DNA of 64,000 bases from Somniosus microcephalus. Lineage: Eukaryota. The stretch's first letter is position 1; each line of letters starts with the position of its first letter. Below, piece after piece: positions 24,948 through 37,794 of this stretch. The DNA lies in NCBI GenBank assembly GCA_052327205.1, contig CM126208.1:200694001-200758000 (forward strand), in the 5' to 3' direction. The notes beneath the pieces were generated by a model, which was not told where the DNA came from, did no database searches, and worked only from the letters and a program-made list of their open reading frames with translations. Position numbers and translations under genes: made by a program.

Positions 24948-25589
24948 ATATTTTCACTTCAACAGTTTGCAACATTAATTTTGAAATGAAACAGAAGATT
25001 AACTCACCACCATAATGAAATTATATTTTAACACCTCCAGTACTTAACTGCCACAGTATACATTAGTCGTATTTTCCAAACAGCTTTAATTACTGATAAA
25101 ACAGCAAACTAACCAAGTTTCAGAACTGATAAAAACAGGATATACACACGCACTTAAGCTGAGGACATGTTCACCAAGTGTAATTAAAATCTATATGGCA
25201 GGCAGGGGTATCGTAAGCTGCCAGCAATCTCCCAATAACTTTTACAGACTCATTAATTCTTGTACATTAAGAGTAACAAAGCAAAAAAAAAAAATCAGCT
25301 TTACCGCAAGAAGATACCATAAAATAAGTTTATGTGCAAGGCTCTGCTAATTAGCCAAGTGTTGTGAAACAGTGCATTAGTAATGCTGGAAGACTTTGTG
25401 CAACAATAATCACAGAACAAATCAAGAGGCCCTGCTAAATCCCAGCTGTGCCACTTGTTTTCTGAGCAGAAAGAAACTGTGTAGCCCTATGTATAGGATA
25501 ACACAAAGGCTGGATTGTGTTACAAGGCAGTAACACTTCAAGGAGGTTGAGATGGTCAAAAACCATAAGAGAAATTGGAGCACTTTGTC

Positions 25590-26300
25590 GTTATCTTGAC
25601 GGCAAGAGTAGACAATGGTAATGCAGTAGATGTAATTTATCTGGATTTTCAAAAGGCCTTCAATAAGGTACCCCATATTAGACTGATGAACAAGGTCAGA
25701 GAATGTGGAGTCAGGGGACAAGTAGCAGAATGGATTGCTGGCTGGCTTCAGGACAGAAAGCAGAGAGTAGGAGTAAAGGGGTAGCTATTCAGTGGCAGGT
25801 GAGTAGTGGTGTTCCACAAGGATCAGTGCTGGGACCACTGCTGTTCACAATTTGCATTAACGATTTAGATTTAGGAATCAAATACACAATTTCTAAATTT
25901 GCAGATGACACCAAATTGGGGGGGTAGTCAATACTGAGGAGGACTGCAACAAATTACAGGAGGACATTAATTAACTTACAGAATGGGCATATAATTGTCA
26001 AATGAAGTTCAACACAGATAAATGTGAGGTATTGCATTTTGGTAGGAAGAATAGGGAGGTCACTGGTCACTTGGAGGGGGGGGGAGTCTAGGTGGGGTAG
26101 AGGAGCAAAGGGATCTCGGATTACAAATACACAAATCACTAAAAGTTGTGACACAGGTTAGCAATGCCATAAGAAAAGCAAACCAAGCACTAGGGTTTAT
26201 TTCTAGAGGTATAGAATTGAAAAGTAGAGAAGTTATGCTAAACCTGCATCGAACCTTGGTTAGACCACACATAGAGTACTGCGTACAGTTCTGGTCGCCA
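25590..26300 (+). mobile_element. CR1 RT fragment, left of the Helitron insertion
   Basis: [21 protein letters not shown]; ends at ...VQFWSP. Confidence 0.88.
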
Positions 26301-27399
26301 TCTATCTATCTATCTATATATATATATAAATCGGTACTTCTGTCTGTCTGTCATCGCGTGTGCGTCTGTCGGGTATGCGCTCAAAAGTTACAGGGCGTAC
26401 CTATGCGCGCGTTACCTCCAAAGAAAGCTTACGCTTCCGAGACGGTTTTAAGCGTATTTACGTTTCGGCCGGGCTAAAATCGCGCCCGCGGTATCCCAAA
26501 AACCTTAACATTCCGCTCATTAGCATCTCATTATCCGCTCATCAGCGACAGAGTGACCTCGAGCTCGACCAATCGTACGCCGGGTTGCTGGCGTGTGCCG
26601 CCGGGCCAATCGGTGCGTGTGTGGCCGGGCCTTATCCTTCTGAACCGAGGTGAGTCGCCACCATCTTGATTCCAAACTTTTCCTTTCTTTTTCCCGCTTT
26701 CTGCGTCTTAAAAAAAAACGTTGCTTTTAAAACACATATTGTATTTAAAAAAATTTAGAAAGTAATTAACTTATCTAATCTCATTAATTTTCCTACCTTT
26801 CCCCGTTTTTCCAGGTAGGCCTAGAAGCCTCGGCGTCTCCTCTGCACCCACGCCCGAGCTAGGCACCTCCCGGCCCCAGTCAAAGGCTGGAGGGCCGAGC
26901 CTCAGCCCAGCGCCGCTAGGGTGCGCGCGCAGCAGGAGCTGAGACGCGGCGTCTTGCTCTGGCTCGGCCGGGGCTTGCTGAGCGTCGACGGTTACCCTGG
27001 CAACCTGCCCCGCCGGCCGTCTCGCACAGCCGCAATCGGCGGTCTTCACCTCGGGGGGGGGGGGGGGGGGGGGGGCCGCGACCCTCGGAGGGGGGGGGGC
27101 CGCGACCCTCGGAGGGGGGGGGGCCGCGACCCTCGGGGGGAGGGGGCCCGCGCGCGCAGCAGCTGAGACGCGGTATCTCTCTCTCTGGCTCGGCCGGGGG
27201 GCGGGGCTTGGTCAGCGTCACGGTTACCCTAGCAACCGGGCCTGCCGGCCGAGCCAGAGAGAGACGCCACGTCTCACCTCCTGCTGCGCGCGCAATCGGT
27301 GGTCTTCACCTCGGGTGGGGGGGCTGCGACCCTCGGGGGGGGGGGGGCCGCGACCCTCCCCTCCCCCCCTTCCTCCCCTCTCCCCCCCGCCCCTCCCTC

Positions 27400-27971
27400 C
27401 CCCCCAGTCGCTCTCTCTTCCCCCCCTCCCCCCCAGTCGCTCTCTCCCTCCCCCCCCAGTCGCTCTCTCTCTTCCCCCCCCAGTCGCTCTCTCTCTTCCC
27501 CCCCCAGTCGCTCTCTCTCTTCCCCCCCCAGTCGCTCTCTCTCTTCCCCCCCCAGTCGCTCTCTCTCTTCCCCCCCCAGTCGCTCTCTCTCTTCCCCCCC
27601 CCGTCGCTCTCTCTCTTCCCCCCCAGTCGCTCTCTCTCTTCCCCCCCCAGTCGCGCTCTCTTCCCCCCAGTCGCTCTCTCTCTTCCCCCCCAGTCGCTCT
27701 CTCTCTTCCCCCCAGTCGCTCTCTCTCTTCCCCCCAGTCGCTCTCTCTCTTCCCCCCAGTCGCTCTCTCTCTTCCCCCCAGTCGCTCTCTCTCTTCCCCC
27801 CAGTCGCTCTCTCTTCCCCCCAGTCGCTCTCTCGCTTCCCCCCAGTCGCTCTCTCGCTTCCCCCCAGTCGCTCTCTCGCTTCCCCCCGTCGCTCTCTCGC
27901 TTCCCCCCAGTCGCTCTCGCTTCCCCCCAGTCGCTCTCTCTCTTCCCCCCAGTCGCGCTCTCTCTCTCTTC
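27400..27971. repeat. Minisatellite, about 21-23-bp unit (CCCCCCCAGTCGCTCTCTCTCTT)n, inside the Helitron
   Basis: Tandem array read directly from the sequence. Confidence 0.95.
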
Positions 27972-28430
27972 CAACAACATGCCCTCGAAAAAGCCTCGGC
28001 ACCGCCGGGCACTTCAGCTAGTCTATATATAAATGTCTCTCTGTCTGTCTCTCTGTCCAGCTATACAATCAAAAGTTATAGAGCGTACCTACACATATGT
28101 TATATCAAAAGAAAGCTCATCATTAGGGGACTCTTGTAGGCGTATTTACTTTTTGGTCGGACAAAAATTGTTCGCACATTATACAAAAAACCTTCAAAAT
28201 TCCACTCATTAGCATTGACTGACATCAAGGTCGACCAATCCTGTGCCGTGATGATTGACCAATCCTGCAGTTCAGTCACCTGATGGTTGACCAATGTGTG
28301 GGCGGGACTCAGGGATCTGGCAGCCATTGCCTCAAGCTAAAAACCCCATTGCCTCAACCTAAAAATATGCTCATCGAGGTTAGTATCTTATTTTTTTTGA
28401 AAAAGATTTACCAAAAATGTTTTATAAGTA

Positions 28431-28848
28431 CAGGTAGACTACCCTTTATTTGAACTTCCGAAAACCGAAACCCTCTAAAAACCGAAGGTTTTTCCGTTCA
28501 GCGTAAGTCGTGCGCACGACCCCCCGCCGACCCCGACCCCCACGCGGACCCCCGCCAGCGCCGACCCCCGCCGACTTACGCTGAGCGTCAGCGTAAGTCG
28601 TGCGCACGACCCCCCTGCGGACCCCCGCCGGCCCCGACCCCCGCCGACCGTAAGTCGTCGGGGTCGGGGCCGGCAGGGGTCCGCGGGGGGGGTCGGGGCC
28701 GGCGGGGGTCCGTGCGCACGACTTACGCTGCGCGTCAGCGTAAGTCGTGCGCACGACCCCCCGCCGACCCACCTTCCGAAATCCGAAATTCTCCAAAAAC
28801 CGAAACACGGCTGGTCCCGAGGTTTTCGGATAAAGGATAGTCTACCTG
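28431..28848. mobile_element. Tc1/mariner (Tigger4/pogo-like) MITE nested in the Helitron
   Basis: TIRs CAGGTAGACTACCCTTTAT / ATAAAGGATAGTCTACCTG (18 of 19 match) with a TA duplication. The empty site is seen in the paralogous Helitron at 47874-47875. Confidence 0.92.
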
Positions 28849-29021
28849 TACTTTAACTTTCATCTTTTAAGGTATTAAAAGCTAGAAATGTTTAGGTTAA
28901 AAAAAGTGCAAAACAGGCAGAGGCTTCTCCAACTGCTGACAGCCCAAATCCAGTCCCAGGCTCCCGGCCCACACATCCACCAGCCCCAAAATTGCCCTGC
29001 AACGCGGGGCTCCCCTGCTAG

Positions 29022-29505
29022 TATTATAAAAAGGATATAGAGGCACTGGAGAGAAGATTTACAAGGATGATGCCAGAAATGCGAGGGTATACATATCAGG
29101 AAAGGATGAACAGGCTGGGTCTCTTTTCCCTTGAAAAAAAGGAGGCTGAGGGGTGACCTAATAGAGGTCTTTAAAATTATGAAAAATTTTGATAGAGAAT
29201 GTTTCCACTTGTGGGGAAGAGCATAACTAGAGGCCATCAACATAAGATAGTCAGCAAGAAATCCAATAGGGAATTCAGAAGAAACTTCTTTACCCAAAGA
29301 GTGGTGAGAATGTGGAACTCGCTACCATAGGGAGTGGTTGAAGCATTTAAGGGGAGGCTAGACAAGCATGAGGGAAAAGGGAATAGAGGTTTATACTGAT
29401 AGATTTGGATGAGGAAAGACGAGAGGAGGCTCGTGTGGAGCATAAATGCCAGCATGGACTGGTTGGGCTGAATGGCCTGTTTCTGTGCCGTAAATCCAAT
29501 GTAAG
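29022..29505 (+). mobile_element. CR1 3' part, right of the Helitron insertion
   Basis: YYKKDIEALER..., RRNFFTQRVV, and a 3' tail gggctgaatggcctgtttctgtg. Confidence 0.85.
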
Positions 29506-30688
29506 ATGTGTTAAAACCTTGAAACATGCTCCATAACATAATTCTTTACAATTTATACATAGATGGAGTTGTGGAAGCACTCTCTCAATTTTTATAAAGT
29601 GCTGAGTTTTTATTGCTTTTGCCAGTACCCATGAACGATTCCTTCAGCCATCCCCCATGAACACAGGATGTTTGGGTTACCTGTTAGCTCCAGCATTCAA
29701 TGGTCAGTCGAGAGAGCCTAGGAGCAGTAATGATCAAAGACACCTGTGCGCGTACTCTCAAAATGGCTGTGCACAGGCCTCAGCAGCGTCACTAAGTTTT
29801 CAACAGATGAAGAGAGCATTTTTGGGGAGCTCGGATTGCCTTCTTCCTCCAGCTGTGGAAGGCCTCCAACCCTGCACAGCAAGTCTCTGCTCCCAATTTG
29901 GTGCAATTCCCTAGCAGAGAACCAGGAGAATAAGAACCAACAGATACTGAATTGCAGGTGAAGTTGATGAGTGGTTATCGAAGAGGTGCTGCAATATATC
30001 GTAGGGCCACTCTTCATTTTTGTCCCAGCTTTTGCTAGGCCTCTAATGGGGCAATTCCTGAAAGCGGTCTTAGTACCCCAAAGCAGTTTTGATCATATAA
30101 AAATGGCCAATTGACTAACTGCTGGCACACAGCATTCGGGTACCCTTGGCACACCCAGTGCTTGGAGGCACACAAAAATATTCAAACTAGCTGACAATGC
30201 ATTATTGGGCAAAGTCAGCTCAGCTGGGCGCAGGTACAGCCAGTGCATTATTCGTCGAGGCTCTGGCACCACTGCACCAGACCGCATTATTGGTCCCATT
30301 GTGTTTCCTTATGAATTGCAGCTGCATAAATATGTTTACATTCTATTTCTCTAGAACAGCAAATAAAGATATGTCCAATACAAAGCTGTATAAAAACAAG
30401 CATGGCACAAATGGTAATCAACTGAGGAAGGGAAAAAACACTCATCGTAAACAACACTTAATTCAGAATTTGTATTTAGTGCATAAAAACCTGAAAAAAT
30501 GAATTTGTTTTATTTTATTAAACTTGTGGCTGGGTAACCGTACAGTCAGTATTGTAGCCCAACAGCATAAATGAAAGCTGCAATTTCCATTAGGCATCTC
30601 TCTCTCCCCCACACACAATTTCTCCACAGGATCCAAAACTTTATCAGTAGTCACGTGATTGCTTTGTACTTTATCAGATATTTCTAAC

Positions 30689-31212
30689 ATCTTATTGAAA
30701 CATAGAAGATTGTGAAGGGGTTGGATCGGGTGGATGCAGGGAAGATGTTCCCGGTGATGGGTGAAACTAGAACTAGGGGGCATAGTCTTAGAATAAGGGG
30801 CTGCTCTTTCAAAACTGAGATGAGGAGGAACTACTTCACTCAGAGGGTGGTAGGTCCATGGAATATGCTGCCCCAAAAAACTGTAGAAGCTACATCATTA
30901 CATAAATTTAAAACAGAAATAGACAGTTTCCTAGAAGTAAAGGGAATTGAGGGTTACGGGGAGCGGGCAGGAATTTGGACATGAGTCTAGGTTCGGGTCG
31001 GTCATGGCCTTGTGGGTAGCGGAGCGGGCCCAGGGGCCGTGTAGCCTGATCCTGCTCCTATTTCGTGTGTCTAATTCTGTTAGATTCAGGAGATGGTTCT
31101 GTGATAGTGGATTGGCGGTTAGGATCAGATCAGCCATGATCTTATTGAATGGCGGAGCAGGCTCGAGGGGCCGATTGGCCTACTCCTGCTCCTATTTCTT
31201 ATGTTCTTATGT
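30689..31212 (+). mobile_element. 5'-truncated young CR1, same subfamily as 875-4968
   Basis: Near-identical, inverted match to 877-1400, including the long 3' UTR. Confidence 0.92.
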
Positions 31213-32112
31213 TCAACCAACCTATTGGCAAGTTAATTATTTTGTTCAGAACAGTAGAAGCTTTTGCATTTTTGTTACATTATTATTTCCAGCGGACATG
31301 TACCTCACACCACAAATGCCGACTCCCCCTCCCAGCTATAACCTCTCAGTAAGCTGCGGACTATTGCTGATGTATTCTGGGAGTATTTTTAACCAATGGT
31401 TTCAATTTTAATGTATAGTTAATTTTACTTGGAGCAAGATTCCAATTCTTTACTATTAATACAGTAAATATCTCAGATCATTTATTTTGCAGTTTCCTTC
31501 TTATGAATCTTGGCGCTGTGCAAAACTAATATTAATTATTTGGAATATAGGACAGCAGCTTAGTGCAGTTCACTGGAGCACGAACAGACTTAATTTTCAA
31601 GCAGATCCAAGTGGGTGCTCATCTATAAAGCCCATAATCATAAATTGCCAATCTCAGTCATACATCATGGAAAGTCAACAAGCACAAGACAAGAACTATT
31701 CAAAAGGGAAGTAGCAAAAATCATTGGGAGAACATCCGCAGGCCATTCATGGATATCTAACAATTGACGGAACAGCACCAATAGGAAAGGATTGAGAGCA
31801 AGTCACCATCAGCCCTTTCAGATGGGATGGTGCCTGGAATAAGAAGAAAAATACCAAGAGACAGTTTAAAATTAAAAAAAATCATGTTTCAGTCTCATTG
31901 TTGAGGCATAACTGAAGACTCTTCCAAAATGAAGTACTGTACTTATTTTAACGTACACAAAACTCTCCAGGGTCTCATTAATGGATTATTCCCAACCCTC
32001 AATAACTATACGCTTTTAATGTTCAGTAACTTCAGAATTTTACATATTTTTGCATAATCCCGCATAACCACAGCAGGTTCTTTATAGTAGTGTGTATAAA
32101 TGTTCCTACAGC

Positions 32113-33062
32113 ATCCTAGGCCCAGCTATCTTCAGCTGCTTCATCAATGCCCATATCACAATCACAAGATCAGAGGTGTAGCTGTTTGCTGATGATTGCA
32201 GTGTTCAGCTCTATTTACAATTCCTCAGATAATGAAACAGTCTGGGCTAGCATGCAACAAGACCTGGACAGCATCCAGACTTGGGCTGATAAGTGGCAAG
32301 CAACATTTGTGCCACACAAGTGTCAGGCAATGACCATCTTCAACAAGAGAGATCACCACCTTGTCATGACATTCAATGGCATTACCATTGGCAAGCCCTC
32401 CACCATCAACATTCTAGGGATCACCATTGACCACAAACTGAACTGGACCAGCCACATAAATGCTGTGGTTACTAGAGCAGGTCAGAGGCTGGGTATTCTG
32501 TGGCAGGTGGCGCACCTCCTGACTCCTCAAAATCTCTCCACCATCAACACGGCACAAGTCAGAAGTGTGATGGAATATTCTCTAATTGCCCAGATGGGTG
32601 CAGCTCCAACACAAGCTCAACACTATCAGGTCAAAGTAGTCTGCCTAATCGACACCCCATCCAGTGGCTTAAACATCCACTCCCTCCACTATCGGCTGCA
32701 GTGTGTACTATATACAAATGCACTGCACCAACTCACCAAGGCTTCTTCGGTAGCACCTCCCAAACCCGCAACCTTCACCACCTAGAAGGAAAAGGGCAGC
32801 AGGTGCATGGGAACACCACCACCTCCAAATTGCCCTCCAAGTCGCACACCACCCTGACTTGGACCTATATCGCTGTTCCTTCATTCTCTCTGGATCAAAA
32901 TCATGGAACTCCTTATCCAACAGCATTGTGCGAGCACCTTCACCACATGGACTGCAGTGGCTCAAGGCGGCTCATTAGCACTACCTTCTCAAGGGAAACG
33001 GGCTGGGAAATAAATGCCGGTCTTGCCAGCAACAACCACATCCTGAGAATGAGTAAAAAGAA
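32113..33062 (+). mobile_element. Non-LTR LINE RT/3' fragment of a different CR1-group family
   Basis: QQDLDSIQTWADKWQATFVPHKCQAM...ILGITIDHKLNWTSHIN, ending in an A-rich tail. Confidence 0.8.
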
Positions 33063-34282
33063 TGCTCCTCACCGAAGAGCCCACGACACTGCGTGGTGGT
33101 CAAAAAAAAAAAGCACCCTTCTGGATCTTCAATTACTGCATAATGATACTGAAAGGAATTATCTGGTATCAGTGGAGCTTTGGAGTATACTGTGCATTTA
33201 CCAAGATGCTTGTACATATTTGGAATAAATTTCACAACAAGGCCTTATAATATAGTAAACTGGCTTTTTGTACTTCAAAAATATCTAGTTTCCTTCCTCA
33301 AAATTAGGTAATTTTGTTCATTTTAGGTCACACTGTCTTTACAAAATCCTACACCCATTTGCCGACTTTTCCTCAGTCATCGGTAACAAGCAATTTGGCA
33401 GCACTTCACTTTTAAAGACCCATGTTGTCAGCTAGACTTGTTCTTTCGGGAGTCCATCATTTCCCATAATGACAAAGCATTTCAAAGATTACTGGTAGCC
33501 TGAGAATTTCCAGATATCAACTAATGAATTCGAGTTTGTTACTGGAAATCTTTAAGCCAAGCTGTGGAAGCCTGGAATTCTCCATCTACACTAGTCTTGA
33601 GATATATACACACAGTTGCTATGTTTCTGTGTAAACCACATGTAAACTTAATGATCTAAGGTGTAATGATCAGCACTATGTGTGTACTTGCTGTAAAATA
33701 CCTAGATTAGTTAGTTTAGTGCAGGTTATATGGTTTTTATCAGCAGCGTTGGAGGTGCTGGTTATGTAAAGGTGTGATCAATGTTTTTCTCGTTGTAAAA
33801 GTTGCAATTGGTACCAAAATCCAGAATTTACAATAGGTTTCTGACAATTATTAAATGACTCCTGAGGCAACAATATTTTTAATTCGATCCTCTCTCCGGT
33901 CAGAAATTGTCTTTTTGTCAACACTATAATGCTTCAATCAATAACTGCTAGCATCTTCTTTTAACAGATTTATAATTTCCAACTTTTGCAACCAGATTGT
34001 TTTTCCACATTTTCTTACAATAAAAATGTGTGCAATGTTTTTAAATGCCACATTAAGTCAGCATACTCATGCTGTTCAATACATAAGCTACTGCTATTAA
34101 ACACAGTAGCAAGTACTGCACAAACTCATTCATTGCTGACAACCACATAAACCAGACAATGAACCCCGAGTCAATCAATTGTTGACTGACACTGACAGTA
34201 GAGTTTATTAAAACACCTGCTTGTGATGTCAGCATTATAAAAAGGAACACACCACGACTCCGGAGATTTTGAGGCTAAAAGA

Positions 34283-35202
34283 CTCACAGGGATCGACGCT
34301 GGGGCCTCAACTATTTAGAATCTACATCAGTGACTTGGATGAAGGGACCGAGTGTAATGTAGCCAAGTTTGCGGATGATACAAAGATGGGTGGGAAAGCA
34401 AGTTGTACAGACGACTCAAAGAATCTACAAAGGGATATAGACAGGCTAAGTGAGTGGGCAAACATTTGGCAGGTGGAGTATAATGTGGGAAAGTGCGAGG
34501 TTATCCACTCTGGCAGGAAAAATAAAAAAGCAAATTATTATTTAAATGGAAAGAGATTACAAAAGGCTACAGTTCAGAGGGACCTGGGGGTCCTTGTGCA
34601 TGAAACACAAAAAGTTAGCATGCACGTACAGCAAGTAATCAAAAAGGCAAATGGAATATTGGCCTTTATTGCAAGGGGGTTGGAGTATAAAAGCAGGGAA
34701 GTCCTGCTACAACTGTACAGGGTATTGGTGAGACCACACCATAAGTCATGCCATGCAGTACTCAAGAAGAAAGGTTGAGCAGGTTGGGCCTATACGCATT
34801 GGAATTTAGAAGAATGAGAGGTGATCTTATTGAAACATAAAATATACTGAGGGGGCTTGACAAGGTAGATGCAGAGAGGATGTTTCCCCTCGTGGGGAAA
34901 TCTAGAACTCGGGGGCACAGTCTCAGAATAAAGGGTCGCCCTTTTAGAACTGAGACGAGGAGAAATTTCTTCTCTCAGAGGGTCGTAAATCTGTGGAATT
35001 CTCTGCCCCAGAGAGCTGTGGAGGCTGGGTCATTAAATACATTTAAGGTGGAGAGACAGACAGATTTTTACAAGATAAGGGAGTGAAAGGTTATGGGGAG
35101 CGGGCAGGGAAGTGGCTTTGAGCCCAAGATCAGCCATGATCTTATTGAATGGCGAAGCAGGCTCGAGTGGCCAAGTGGCCTGTTCCTGCTCCTATTTCTT
35201 AT
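34283..35202 (+). mobile_element. CR1 RT/3' fragment with an internal deletion
   Basis: QGSTLGPQLF...KFADDTK...LVRPH, followed by the 3' tail. Confidence 0.9.
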
Positions 35203-37187
35203 TACCATATTTAGTTTGTGAAAAGGATATCAGAATCATATGTAAATTTGAATAAAACCGAAGTCTGTTTTGTAATCTAACTTTTGCAAGCTTCCAAACT
35301 GGACCAGAATAACTTCAGTCTTTCACCTGAGATACAGACTAAGTCATAGTTCTGAACACATGGTTTCAACACTGAATGCCACCAGTCCAACAAAATGTCG
35401 ACTCCTACAAGATAGTTTTTTGTCTACCTGTCTTGACTGTTGTGCAGGGACCAGCAGAAGAAACTTTAAATAATTTTTTTAAATGGTGAAATGTTTTTGC
35501 CCATCTTTATTTTTCAATTTGTGATTTTCTTCCAATGGCCAAGGAAGACGGGTAAAGCCACTGCTTAGCAACTGTGATTTAACTACAGGAGGTGGGAGCA
35601 GTCAAAATCATTTCTCTCCCTACTCAATGACCCAAGAAATCAGCCCTAGCTGATAATCAGAGTGGCTTTAACAGCCATCAGCAACACCAATGAATGTATC
35701 TGATAAACCTGATGTCCAGTTCAATCGTAAACAGATTGAATATCAGAGTCGGTCTTAGGTCCACAGGTCTTCTGCATTATAATGAAATCTCACTGCCATG
35801 CTTCTATCATGGCAATTACATATTAAGAGACTGTTATAATATTGGGAGCCATTCATGACCAAAGGTGTTAATGCACCAAACCTACTGAAAACTTTGGATT
35901 CATTTTCCACCCGAGCAGATGGCTATAAAAAGGTAGCTTGTCGAGTTGATTACTAAGCTTAACTGAAATTTACTTAAGAATCATTCTGTATTATAGTTCC
36001 CATTACCAATTAACATTTTTCTAGAGTTGAAGTGTTTCTATATTACATATCTATTTGCCAACTGAAAGCTTTTACAAAACCCCCTTCATGATACTAAATT
36101 TGTTTAGTCGTTAAGACAAGCCAGCTTTGAGGTTACAAAAAAAAAAAAGAATTTTCCGTTAAATCTTGGATTATAATTTCGTATGGGTTTGAAACCATCA
36201 AATTACCTAAACCAAATATTCAATCCTAAAGTTGAACAGACTTCAAAGCAACTGTGTCCTTCAATTTGAAAGTCTCTTCACTAAGAAAAACATCTGGAGC
36301 AGACTTTCATAACATAAAACACTAAAAACAAACCCTAGACAGAACTTCTGGTGCCCCAATGACAGACATTTTTATTGAGCACATCAGAAGCCACAGTTAA
36401 TGAGTAAAAAGTATAACCATTTCACTACCAGGGTATCTGAAATGATCACATTTACAACAGTTTCAGAAATAGTTTGAAAACAAGTCTGTACAAAAGGAAA
36501 TTGCACTGGTGACAGTACATTTCTGTAGGTGTTGTAAAATACTCAAAACATCTGAACAGCAGAAACAAGCAAGTCGTGAAACTCTACATGAAGGAACAAT
36601 TTGAGAACATCCAGTCACTGGCTGTAAATTTCCATTTATCTATGGGCATTGTGCGGAGGTTTAAAATGGGTGCAGTAGTGATGTGGTATCTTACACATGT
36701 GGAATATTGTTTTATTTGCATTATTTGAAGCTTAGAGACAGAAATGATCAACAATGTGCACACAATGTTTATATGTATTTTTTATATATCAACAAGCAGT
36801 TTATATTCTCAAGCTACTTAACTGTGTAAAAAAAAGTGTGGTTTTAAAGGGGGGGAAGAGAGAAAAAAGGGTAAAAACTTTTCAGCAGTTCAAAGTGTTT
36901 AAAATGTATGGTTTGTTAAATATACAAAGATTACTGTATGGAGATACTTGCCTTCAATTTGAGGACACATAACAGATCACTAATTGACATAATATATTAT
37001 GAAGCCGTCTCAATATGTGTTTAACAATAAAGCAAATACTTAAATATACAGATCACCTGTTTAGTTTATAGTCTCTTAACTCTTATGTTTGGCAAATAAT
37101 TCTTTGTTGAACATATCACAATGAAGAAAATAATCAGATAAGAGAAACCATAAATAATAGTCTTATCTTTAGGGATCGTAAGTATAC

Positions 37188-37297
37188 CTGTGTTCATTAG
37201 CTTCCAGAGCTGGTCCACCAGGGCCTCATTGCACAGAGGAGAGTCTGTATTCTTGGTGAAAGGTGGGTTTTTATTGAGCATACTCAATACTTTATGT
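37188..37297 (-). CDS. TAF2: TAF2 internal coding exon (110 nt)
   Basis: (R)HKVLSMLNKNPPFTKNTDSPLCNEALVDQLWKLMNT(G). Acceptor tttcatacgttaCAG, donor GTATAC; phase 2 in, phase 1 out. Confidence 0.95.
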
Positions 37298-37729
37298 CTG
37301 TAACGTATGAAACAAAAGGATTTGTTTTCAGCTACATGTATCCATAGTATAAATGTGAACAAATGTTAATGAGCCCACTATGCAAGTATATTAATAAAAA
37401 GTGTATACAACAGAAAATAATCTGATCAATAACAAATTATTTAGTAAACCTGGGTATTTAGTTGAGCCCTATTCTCTTTGATTATGGCAGCAGGACCACT
37501 ACTCTTTGGGTGCACTACAAGCTATTAATCGAGACCAACACCTCATGCAAGTTCAGGTGGTTAACAATGTGGTGGACGGGATATTTGGTGACTGTAACCC
37601 TTAAAGGACTGTTCTGCATTGTTTGACACAGGCATTTAAGTGAAGGGATCGACCATGATGGCCTGCTCCACTGTGACTCTGGACCTTATTTTAATGCTCT
37701 TCAGCTTTTATTTGCCTTGGGGGAGGGGG

Positions 37730-37794
37730 AGCAGGCGGAGCAGGCTCGAGGGACCGATTGGCCTACTCCTGCTCCTATTTCTTATGTTCTTATG
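37730..37794 (+). mobile_element. CR1 3' tail fragment
   Basis: ggcggagcaggctcgagggaccgattggcctactcctgctcctatttcttatgttcttatg. Confidence 0.8.

Larger units (their letters stand above)
26301..29021 (+). mobile_element. Non-autonomous Helitron, head-to-tail dimer (units 26301-28021 and 28022-29021)
   Basis: Inserted at an A|T site with no TSD (CR1 rejoins as FWSP|YYKKDIEALE). 5' TC followed by a (CTGT)n tract. Each unit ends in a GC hairpin, 7 nt, then CTAG. Confidence 0.88.

Noticed and set aside
27208-28139. Six overlapping ORFs of 220-270 aa on both strands (same pattern at 43517-44713)
   Set aside because: Low-complexity minisatellite artefacts.
29681-29910. Possible extra minus-strand exon (polypyrimidine-TAG acceptor, CAG|GTAACC donor)
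   Set aside because: No recognisable TAF2 or other homology, a stop in the TAF2 frame, and the flanking exons already join in phase. Such site pairs are common by chance.
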